A DNA stretch of 62,922 nt, counting the filler, from Collodictyon triciliatum (Eukaryota): the NCBI GenBank assembly GCA_043381765.1. It is 9 parts of 9 records of this genome, joined end to end, with 100 filler letters (N's around TTAATTAATTAA, not from the genome) between each part and the next. Parts side by side here need not be neighbours in the genome. Positions count along the whole stretch, not along the records: positions 52,341 to 55,637 come from JBHJMP010003735.1; positions 55,738 to 60,225 come from JBHJMP010003736.1; positions 60,326 to 62,922 come from JBHJMP010003750.1; 6 more parts are not named here. The stretch is one strand, 5' to 3'. The translations under genes and the position numbers were made by a program. How positions within the stretch are numbered: position 1 is the stretch's first letter; the number at the start of each line of letters is the position of its first letter. The notes under the pieces are model-generated. The model worked only from the letters and a program-made list of their open reading frames with translations, had not been told where the DNA came from and ran no database searches. Shown piece after piece: positions 52,607 to 62,922 of the stretch.

Positions 52607-54362
52607 ATGTCCGATCGAGCTGCGCTCCTTCAGGGGTTAATAATGCTGTCCCCAGACTACGAGCCAGGAAACAAAGCGTTGGAGGAATCCACGCACCTGA
52701 TTCTTAGCAAAAGAGATTTGACAGCTTTCCCTCTGGGCTTATTTGAACTAGAGCACTTAGTTTTACTTCGCATAGATAATGCCAACTTATCTGATATACC
52801 AGCAGGGATATCGAGGCTGAGATCGCTTAGGATTCTCAAGGCCTCGTTCAACAGACTCTCAACCTTTCCCGCTGAAATATGTTCCTTGCAATTACTTAAG
52901 GAGTTGAATTTATCGAGCAATACAATCTCTCGCTTGCCACCAGAAATATCCATGCTTAATACGCTCACAAACATAGATTTATCAAAGAATCGCCTCTCTC
53001 ATCTGCCTGATGTGGCATCAATCTTGATTGGATTGAGGGAGATGTACCTGTCCGGAAATGCATTCTCTGAATTCCCTCGGGCTTTATCAATCTTTTTTAA
53101 TCTGAATGAGCTAGATATGTCCAAAAATCAGCTATCATGTTTACCAGAAGATATATCAGGGCTGGGCTGCATGAGAATACTTAACATATCACGAAATAGA
53201 ATAACCAGGTTACCTTCTGGTATTTCAGGTATGCCCAAGCTAGAAATGCTCGATGCTTCATTGAACAAAATTGAGTGTTTACCGAAGGAGATATCTGTTT
53301 TGGGCCGCATCAAGGAATTGAATTTATCAACAAACAAGATATCTACCCTACCCGCAGAATTATCTGGGTTATCGAGCTTGAACATTTTGATAATATCTGA
53401 AAACAAACTTTCATCACTCCCATGTGGAATATCGACACTTGTTTGTCTTCGAGAGCTCCATATGCAACTAAATATGGTGCTTTTTTTACATATCATTTTT
53501 TTTTTTGCAGTATCTGATATGAGGAATTGGGAATGCTCATGATATATATATTTGTTTTAGATCAGTGTTCTGCCCCACGGTATCATGTCTTTAAGGAATG
53601 CAACCATCAAAATAGGGAATTACTCTGGGTTCAGAAAAATTAGAGTTCCACGCAACATTGACTCTGTGAAGTCCCCAAAGATACAATTCGTTTGCGAAGA
53701 TACCGTTTTGCTTGAAAAGTTTGATTACAGTTTTTCGTGTGGAAACATGAAAAGCCTTCCACACTCACTTACCTCATGGAAAAAATTTGGGTCCATAGAC
53801 TTATCATGCAATATGGTATGTTTCTATGAATGCATATGTATTTATAAATTCTCTATCACAATTTTCCGTGTTTTGAGAAGTAAATTCTGAACAATTAAAA
53901 CAAACAAAACAAAGATATCCGCTATTCCTGAATCATTCTCCATGCTAGTTAATTTGAAAACACTCTGCTTGGCAAATAATAAGGTAGTGTAATGATACAC
54001 TTTACGTATTTTCCTGTAATAACATTTTTTTTGTTCGCTACTAGTTCAGTGAAGTACCGTCGTGTTTGTACAAAATGATTTGGCTCATATCTCTAGATAT
54101 GAGTAACAACATGGTGAATGATATTAAGGATACTCGCACATAATTTGACTTTTTCTTAAATGTATGTTTTCGTATTTATAGTAAATAAGACGAGTGCTTT
54201 GTTTCAAGGATGCTAAATATTTATTTTTATGCACAAAAATCGTATGTTGAAATTATTCTTAATTAGATTTCGAGGGTGACCGAAGCAGTTGATGATTTGC
54301 AAAACGACTTTAATGCGCCAAATAATTCACATATATCAATAAGGAAAACTTTTTTTAAGTAG
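52607..54362 (+). CDS. Intracellular LRR protein, paralog-like to 13227-15359
   Basis: Long first LRR exon and phase-0 69-nt exons ISAIPESFSMLVNLKTLCLANNK and FSEVPSCLYKMIWLISLDMSNNM. Confidence 0.85.
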
Positions 54363-54581
54363 CACGCACCTTGAAATGGGTGAGATTTTTTCGAGAATAA
54401 TCATGCTTTTACTTTGATTCCCATTCAGTAAAAATGCTTATTGAACTTCATATTTCGCCGAAGATAACTTTCGTTCACGCCACACAGCCTTTATATAATG
54501 CGGTTGTTACCTCTCCCATGTAAGCAAATGCTACCGAACCGAAGACTAAAGCTTACCATTTATGAAAACTGGAATGGTGAA

Positions 54582-54680
<99 letters not shown>

Positions 54681-55236
54681 AGTTACAAATACATCGAATT
54701 TATTTGGTCCAAGAAATATGTGTGGAAACGTTAGCATTTGAATGGATTAAATCGGGCCTTTTTTATCCGAATAATTATAGAAATACATCATTTTATGGTA
54801 GTTAAGTAAGAGGTAGTTATAATTGCCTTTTTTTTTTGAAAAACAAAAAAACAAAAAAACAAAAAACAAAAACATCATTCTAGCCCCAAGCCATGGAGTG
54901 TCCCTTGTTTTTCATCTCATCTTGCCAAACGTGGTTTGATTGCTTATCATCTTTCTATCTAGTGGACGCACTGAAAAGAATTTATTTATTCACTACGATG
55001 GGGCACATATTTTGGTGGTATCCGTGAAACCAAGCCGTATCACTGGAAAGATGCTTCACTAAGGGTCTTTGGATTACTAGAGCGTTCTAGGGTATTTTTT
55101 TCCATCTATCCCAGGCCGATACAAGAAGGGTTGCTTCACAGCATAGTGTGTTGTAATATAATATCACGGAACATCGATTGGATGCTGTGTACTGATTTAT
55201 TCTGGGAGAGGGAGAGTATGAAGTCATTGTTTGAGC

Positions 55237-55554
55237 CTAGCTGTTCGCGTCGTGTTCTAGTAGAGGTATTCGTCCTTTCAAAGCAGCGATTATATCCCAG
55301 GTGTATGTTTCAAAAGTGTAGCGAATAAAAGATGATTGGTAGGATTTCTTAAGTCTCGGTGATGAAATCGGATGGGGAAGGAAGGAGAGAAGTGGCAACT
55401 GTTGAGCAGAATGCCCGATGGCCGTCTCGCTCCCAGGATGACTATTTACACCAGGACAGAAACAAGGATAGTATAAGTAGGTTAAGAAAATGTTTAATTT
55501 AGAAAAATGTTTACATTGGATGACACATATGTGAATGACTCATTTCCCCCCCCC

Positions 55555-55637
<83 letters not shown>

Positions 55638-58600
55638 NNNNNNNNNNNNNNNNNNNNNNNNNNNNNNNNNNNNNNNNNNNNTTAATTAATTAANNNNNNN
55701 NNNNNNNNNNNNNNNNNNNNNNNNNNNNNNNNNNNNNAAAATTTTTTATTTAAAAAAAAATTTTTTTTTGGTTTTAAATTTTTTTTTTTGTTTTTTTCCC
55801 CCCCCCCCCCTTTTTTTTTTTTTTTTTGGTTTCACTTGATCAGGAGCTTTATCAAATATTTTCATCTAATTTATGTCTTACGAGAATATTTTTTTTAAAG
55901 GTGTACTCACTGTGTCATTCCAGGTGCAGATTCTTTGTATTCCTTAATTCGAGCAAGAACATCATACAGAATGCATATTTTACTTGAATATGACATCATT
56001 TCCCTCTAAAATTATTCAATTTATAAATTTAAATCAACGATGAAGGAAGTAGAAATGATTGGATATAATAAAGGTGACTTTTGTGCCTCTCTTTGATGAG
56101 AAAGCATGAAATAAACCTCAGATGTTGTGTTGCCTTTTGACTCTGCGTTATCAGGAAGTATATAATAATGGCCATAATATTATTAATTTTCAGAAAAGTT
56201 GAGAGCTTAAATAGTAATTTCTTTTTTTATATGTATTCTTGTAAAAAAAAAACCTTCTATTTCGATAGTAGCACTCTGCTTAAGATTTACGGTATCATCT
56301 ATATCCTCTGGATAGTTCTCGGCTTCTTCAGTGATAAAGACAGATGACGGGTCAATAACAAGAATTTGTTCTTTGGATCGACTAGCAACCATGCTGATGA
56401 TTTTGTAGTGGCAAAAAAGCGATTCCACTAGCACAATAGATTCTATCAACACAAGATTAGTACTATAATTTAATCAATTTATTCCCAAGAATTTTTGAAC
56501 CGAATAGAGGTTTTTTTTTCATTCCTGAAAATATCCTTTTCAAAGTCATGCAAACCTTGAGGGAATACCACCATTTGATTAACAATTATCTCTGAAAACA
56601 AATTGGTGTATTCTTTATTCGCAGGGTCACCAAGATAGGCACGCTTAAGTAATATAGCGAAAAAATTACTGATTGCCGATCCAGATGTCATGGATTGTAT
56701 TTTGCAAAAGCCCGATATGTTCGCAAGGGTGACCAACATAGACTTTCGCAAAGAAGGAGCGATACAACTTTGGTGAAATTCTTGCAAGTAAACCTACAAA
56801 GGAATAGAAATATAATTGAGGAATCTACCATACAAATATTACAAAGCCAACATCTTCACCATCCTGCACAAAATTGAAAGGAAGAATAAAAAAAAAGCAT
56901 ACAAATATTATAACCAATTTAAAGACAACAAAATGAACATTTGTCATACAATTAATATAAAATCTGCGTAGTTTCCATAAAAAACTGGTATTTTGATGTC
57001 AGGCCTCTCATTAACCAATATCTCAAGCTTTTGACAAAAAGACTCTTTCGTGGAGAGAAAAAAAATAATCTGTATACACGTTTCGATGACTTTAGCTCTA
57101 TGCTGTGTATCTATTATGATTTTGTTTTATTGAAAAAAAAATTAAAAATTATAACCTGGAAAGAAAAATCAATCATCTATACCTCTATTACTTTTGTGCC
57201 CAAATACAAGTCGTTATTTTTATAATAGATCATAAAAAAATCATGAAAATAAATATTCGCATAGTTTTAAATATTCAATTTATAGCAACGAACCTTTTGT
57301 GTGGATATGGATGGATATAATATGAAGTAAATTTGACACAAATTTAATGATTGAATCATAGCCAATGATATACTGGAGATAATCCTTCGTGCAAATATGC
57401 AATTGATTTAAAGAAATATTTTTTTTTAATAAATGCTTGAGAAATTATTGGCAAAGTAAAATATTGGGAACAATATATATTACAAGTCTAGCACATATTC
57501 CTACACAACGATACACATGTTTTATCAATCACAATACCTTGTTTTTGGTTATAACTGACCAAGTAATAATTAAAATGTCTTGAAGAAATTTGATACACTT
57601 GAGAGAGGCTGGTAAAAAGGTTGAGTTGGCGTCGATAAAGTCCTCTAATATCTTGTTCGACTTCTCCACCAGAGAAGAAATCTGCGTTTCTGTCCATTCA
57701 TTTTCCAGATAATAATCAAAAGCACTCAAGTTCTTAACTTCCTGAAGTTTATTTATATATTTATTCTCAAGGAACCCAAAATTTTAAGATGAGGAACTCC
57801 TCTATATGGATTAACATATTGTGCTAATTCCTTGGATTGAATCAAGTGGAAAAATAAAAATATTTTGCAAATGAGCAAATTCACCTTATCACCAATATTT
57901 GGTCTATGAAGTACGAGGAAGGGTAATGATGATTAATACTATTTTTTTTTAGCTCTAATATATTACAACCATGATGGTTATTTATTATTTTACTTCATTT
58001 TATGAAAATAAAAAGAAAAGAAAACCTGCTGGCTTGTGAATGAGAAGATATGGGAGAGTATATAAGGACAAGCAATGTGTCAAGGGAGAGCACAGCAAGG
58101 GGACAATGATGGTCTTCAACCAATTTTCCAAGATATCTAATGGTAATCTTATTAAATATGGAGTGGAGGGTAAAAGAAAAGAAAAGAAAAGAAAAGAAAA
58201 GAAAAGAAAAGAAGAAGAAGAAGAAAGAAGAAGAAAGAAGAAAGAAGAAAGAAGAAAGAAGAAAGAAGAAAGAAGAAAGAAGAAAGAAGAAAGAAGAAAG
58301 AAGAAAGAAGAAAGAAGAAAGAAGAAAGAAGAAAGAAGATCGTAATGTAAATCCTACGGAACTCTCCATCCAACTGCGTCATATGTAAAGGCGGCATTCA
58401 GGAGTGAATGCAATACATCACTATGCGGAATAGTACTTGATGTTGAAAAATAGGCTATCCAGCGCGAATATCGGAATGATTCTATATCATAAACTGAGAG
58501 TGATTGTGGAGTATTCCAACTAATTCGGAAATCACTATTCATTTTTCTTATGTCATTACTGTGATACAAGATTATCTATACCAGGCCTTTTGAAAAGCTT

Positions 58601-60135
58601 TTCGATAAAGCACGAAAGAAGGGCATTTAACACCAGAATTCTGCTTTCATATAAATACGATTCAGGAATAGTCGTTTCAATATTCGGGTTTTGCTGATTC
58701 CTGTGAGTATATGATAGCATTAGTATACTTGAATACCAGCCATGGACTATATCGATGTCAAAAGCGTGCAGACCGACAGGGGGTTAATAAAGAGAAGTCT
58801 GTTTTTTTCATCAAGTTCTCCTCGATCATGCCAAATAAACTGAAAAGAAACCGAAAAGAAAGAAAAAGGAAAGTCTGTTTTCGTTGGTCACTTACCAAAC
58901 TGTTTTATTGAGCACACTATATTCCCAACAGACTGTAAAACCAGCAGTGAATAGTAAAGCAGATAAACCATCCATCAATTTCATCGCCAGGGGTCTTCTT
59001 TCATGAAGTAGGGATACACTTTCAACCATTTGTTCGTGAAGATCACTCTCATTATGGTCTTTTTCAGCCAATTCTGCCTCGGCTCTCGGATTTGACATGT
59101 GTGCGTCTTCAACTAATGAAATAAGAAAGCGTACTTTATCAAATACATAAATAGCAGGGACTCTTACTCAGATAATCAAATCGACAGCATCCAATTCATC
59201 ATCGAATGCAAACTACCAGCATCCTCAATGTTGCATATGTCATGTTCAGCAATATGAAGACTCCAGAATACCTGATTAGTTTTTAATTAGTTTTTTTTTT
59301 TTAAAAAAAAAGAGGAAAAGCATGCGCTCAAATTTTAGTTGCTCAATCATTAGATTATGTGTTATTGTCATTTTTAAAACCCTCACTATTTTGAGTATAT
59401 CTCCATAACGCGAAGGAAAAAAAAAAAGTGATGCAAAAATTTATCAAAACGGAAGACATATTTCACTTGCATTATCTTCAATTGCACTATCTGCATCCTC
59501 AAAGATCACTGGCATTATACTTGTAAAGATGAGCAACGCGTTACAGATATGAGTTTGCTCCCGCTCTGTTAAGACCCCGTGGTCTGCATAGAGCAAAATG
59601 ACTTCGGAAGCCTATGTTTGTTTCCATATGAAAGAAAAGAAATGAAAAAACAGGAAAGGAAAAGATAGGATAAGATAAGAAAAGAAAAGAAAAGGAAAAA
59701 GAAAAGAAAAGAAAAGGAAAAAGATAAGAAAAGAAAAGAAAAAAGAAAAGAAAAAGAAAAGAAAAAGAAAAGAAAAAGAAAAGAAAAAGAAAAGAAAAAG
59801 AAAAGAAAAAGAAAAGAAAAAGAAAAAGAAAAAGAAAAAGAAAAAGAAAAAGAAAAGAAAAGAAAAGAAAAGAAGAGAAGACCCCAGGACTCAGTCGTTA
59901 AGGGCTACGAAGGATTAAAAAGCATTACCTTTTTTGCCAGCGCCTCAAAGTTCCCAGTCTGCTTTGTCCGCAATCCACGAAGGAACTCCGACGTCAGTAA
60001 TTGTGGCCAGGTTTCCTGTGAAACAGGTGTACGAAGCAAATCACCCCAGAAGGACGTGTCACCCGGGCTGACTCTTTGTGAAAGGAGGCGGCCAAGCGAA
60101 GCTTCGAGTGCTGTGCGGCTGCTCTGCCCGCCCAT
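55237..60135 (-). CDS. HID1: HID1 (Hid-1/dymeclin family), N-myristoylation-type start; spans the gap at 55638-55737
   Basis: MGGQSSR...DTSFWGDL...NFEALAKK|...EREQTHICNALLIFTSIMPVIFED...RPLAMKLMDGLSALLFTAGFTV...SLLNAAFTYDAVGWRVP...; last exon LLSFLPHPISS...FETYTWDII. Confidence 0.88.
56842..56897 (+). mobile_element. Very short LINE 3'-tail insertion with 13-bp TSD in a HID1 intron
   Basis: CAAAGCCAACATCTTCACCATCCTGCACAAAATTGAAAG + A-rich tail, flanked by CATACAAATATTA at 56829-56841 and 56898-56910. Confidence 0.9.
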
Positions 60136-60325
60136 ATTGCCTTGTTTGACCTGCCTTTGAGTCCGGGTTGGTTTTTTTTTTTATATGTTGTTGTTCTTTT
60201 GTTCTTTGCTTTTTCTTCTTCTTTTNNNNNNNNNNNNNNNNNNNNNNNNNNNNNNNNNNNNNNNNNNNNTTAATTAATTAANNNNNNNNNNNNNNNNNNN
60301 NNNNNNNNNNNNNNNNNNNNNNNNN

Positions 60326-60375
<50 letters not shown>

Positions 60376-61149
60376 ATGAACTCTGGAGACTTTTGTCGAA
60401 AAAGCTCAAAAAAATTAGTGCCAGCCAACACAAAGCCCGAGAAACCAACTAAAGAAAGAAAAAGAAAAAGAAAAAGAAAAAGAAAAAGAAAAAGAAAAAG
60501 AAAAAGAAAAAGAACCCAAAATATAAAGAGGGCGGAAAAATTGACTCGACAGTGCCGATCCAGCGGCGAACCCGTCAAACGAAGCCCAACCACACGAACG
60601 CCTCTTCCTTCGCGCAAACGTATGGATAAGCGAAGACAAATGACCCGGCCTTTGGCACGGGAATGAAGCGCGCTTCTGTCTTCCAGGAAAGAAAGGCGGA
60701 AACAGTGGCGAATGAATCAAGAAAAAACGAGGGAAACAAAGAAACAAAATGGTGGCTGGGCGGAAAGGAAAGTCGAACCAGCAGGAAAAGGCCCGGGCGT
60801 TTGTGAATGTGGGATGGGAATCTAACCAAAAACATAGGTTCATGTCTTGATCTAATGTGGAATTTATATTTTTTGATTTATGTCAAGGGACAAGCTTTCG
60901 TGTTTTTTTTTATTTTCGCAAGCCGGGAACTCTGTCGTTTGCAGCTTACCAGAAAAAGGAACCAGCCATTGGCATCGCCTAGATTACATATGGCTCATAC
61001 ACATGATGTTTTTCTTTCAATTCTTGTTTTTATTTTTCTGCAGATTTTTTTTTTGATGGGCACCAGTCGAATTCTACATGATATTAGCCATCACAACTCT
61101 ATGCCCACCAAGGGCACGTAGTTTTTTCTTTATTTTTTTTTATTTATTA

Positions 61150-61446
61150 TTAATAGAATCTTACGTACCTTGATTCAACATCCAAAAATTCCTTTTCATT
61201 CATCCCAGAATATATATACTCTTTTGAAAGGAAGCAGAATGTCCCTTCCAATCTCGGGAAAAAAATAATACTTGATGGTTCAGATTGTCCGTTCCAGCAC
61301 ACTATTTTCTCACGGCGTCTCTGGGGTTTAGGATAGTTTGCTGAGTTGCTAATACGCACTCTTGTGAGTTTGCCTCGAATCAGGCGGTCGCTTTGGTCGA
61401 TTTTTTCTCTAAACGCTTCACTAGGTTTCATACAGATTACATCCAT
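61150..61446 (-). CDS. Hypothetical protein exon
   Basis: Open 98-aa frame with a plausible donor near 61168 and small downstream GT-AG exons. No recognisable domain. Confidence 0.3.
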   Translation of the reverse strand: MDVICMKPSEAFREKIDQSDRLIRGKLTRVRISNSANYPKPQRRREKIVCWNGQSEPSSIIFFPRLEGTFCFLSKEYIYSGMNEKEFLDVESRYVRFY

Positions 61447-61737
61447 AATATCATCAGTTCTTGTCTGTGTTTCACATACACCCGCCTTCTTATTCCAAGA
61501 GATAGGATGAAAATTAACCAGAAATTGTTGGCTTGATATGAATTACCTTAGTCGACTCACAAGTATTATTATTATCATTTAGCTTTTGGTTTATTGTGTC
61601 TTTTCGTTGTTAATGACTACCCTATGAAGCAGTAACACGAAAAGATGATTTTTTCTACTTTTTTCTTTCCGCTTTCATGTGAAATTGGTGCTATCATTTA
61701 TTTGCTTTTGTTTGTTTATCTTTTTCTTTCCTCCTGT

Positions 61738-62765
61738 TTACTCATTTCGAAGCTGGACGTTAAAGTTACGCATGACCTGCAAAATAAGGTCCCTTTGATC
61801 CGCAGGAAGGTTATCGATTTCGCGCCTGGTCAGGGTGCCGATAAAAGTGATAATCTCTTGCGTCTGGGCATCAAAGACCGGCGGGTTTAAATGGATCGAA
61901 GGAGCATATGACTGAGTGGCTGGTGTGGCGACTTGTGGGATACTAGCTGAGTAGACAGATGGATATTGGTCGACTTGGGGCTGAACAAAGTTGCTGGCGG
62001 GTGCTGAGTGGGATGGGACAGCACGGTGCATATGGGTTTGGTGAGGCATCACATCTGTGTTACGAACCTATTTTTTTATTCATTTTTTTTTTTTTACTAT
62101 TTTTCTTTGAAATCCTTGCAGGCTATATATGATTAAAATTATGAATAATATCAAATAACAATAACAACAATAATAATAGCAATAGCAATAGTAATAATAA
62201 TAACGACATTCATTTTTTTTAGTGTAATGCTAAATTTACAGTTGCCGTCGGTTTCATTAGATTGAGTTCCAACATCATGCGATATAGAGCTTCAGCAAGA
62301 GCAGGGTTTTGCAAGAGTAGCTGATGCCCAGTTTGAAAGTTTTCATGTAAAAGACTCTACGAAAAGAATATCACAATAATAACCATTATTAAATTTGGGA
62401 TACATATATTAGATTCGGATAATCTTAATGAAAAGAGCTTCTCATAGACTTGAGTAATCAGGAGAGAGAATGAGAGAGAATGAGAGAGAATGAGAGAGAA
62501 TGAGAGAGAATGAGAGAGAATGAGAGAGAATGAGAGAGAATGAGAGAAAATGAGAGTAAATGAGAGTAAATGAGAGTAAATGAGAGAATACAACTCCATC
62601 GCGTCATGAAATATATGACTGAGGCGACCACAGGCTTTAATGATTATTGGTTCTGGATTAGAAGAAAATTGTTTACTTTAAATGCCAAGAGAACTTCGTA
62701 GCTTTCTTGTGATGGTTGGTTCATTGCAGGCGCCTGTGGAGCAGCAGCAACGGCGGCAGGGGCAA
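61738..62765 (-). CDS. CSTF2: Cleavage stimulation factor 64 kDa (CstF-64/Rna15)-like, hinge and C-terminal domains, 5'-partial
   Basis: Hinge-like QESYEVLLAFK|SFYMKNFQTGHQLLLQNPALAEALYRMM and C-terminal IITFIGTLTRREIDNLPADQRDLILQV. Confidence 0.75.
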
Positions 62766-62922
62766 CTATACAAAAATGATTCCCATAAAGTTGTAAAAGC
62801 AAGTGAAAAAGAAACAAACAATTCAAGTATGAGGTTCTGAAGGAGAACATCGGTGAGTTTTTTTTTTTTTTTTTTAAAAATTTTTCCTGTTTTTTTATTT
62901 TAAACACCAAAATGACCAGGTT

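Overview
This is a eukaryotic (protist-like) genomic scaffold, AT-rich and dense in short GT-AG introns and microsatellites. It is broken by eight 100-bp artificial gap linkers (N44-TTAATTAATTAA-N44) and three plain N gaps. Housekeeping genes rebuilt by manual splicing are: Rac GTPase, a tandem pair of outer-arm dynein LC4/calmodulin-like genes, a VAMP7-type longin, CBP3/UQCC1, a DHHC palmitoyltransferase, a vWA protein, UPF1, a signal peptide peptidase, a BART-domain protein, HID1 and CstF-64. Together they suggest an aerobic, probably flagellated cell. The most notable content is: (i) two members of a surface-receptor family (variable ectodomain + Cys-rich stalk + shared multipass membrane domain), one with an array of nine exactly 69-nt, phase-symmetric, surface-variable LRR exons and the other with a secreted 7-blade WD40 propeller interrupted by an in-frame TAG at a conserved Trp; (ii) a LINE family seen as an ORF2 3' end, an endonuclease 5' end and two tiny 3'-tail insertions with target-site duplications; (iii) two paralogous orphan genes ending in a Dicer-DUF283/dsRBD-like domain; (iv) a RasGAP-like protein lacking the arginine finger and a Rac with His at Pro29. 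All gene models are manual and unverified by RNA data.
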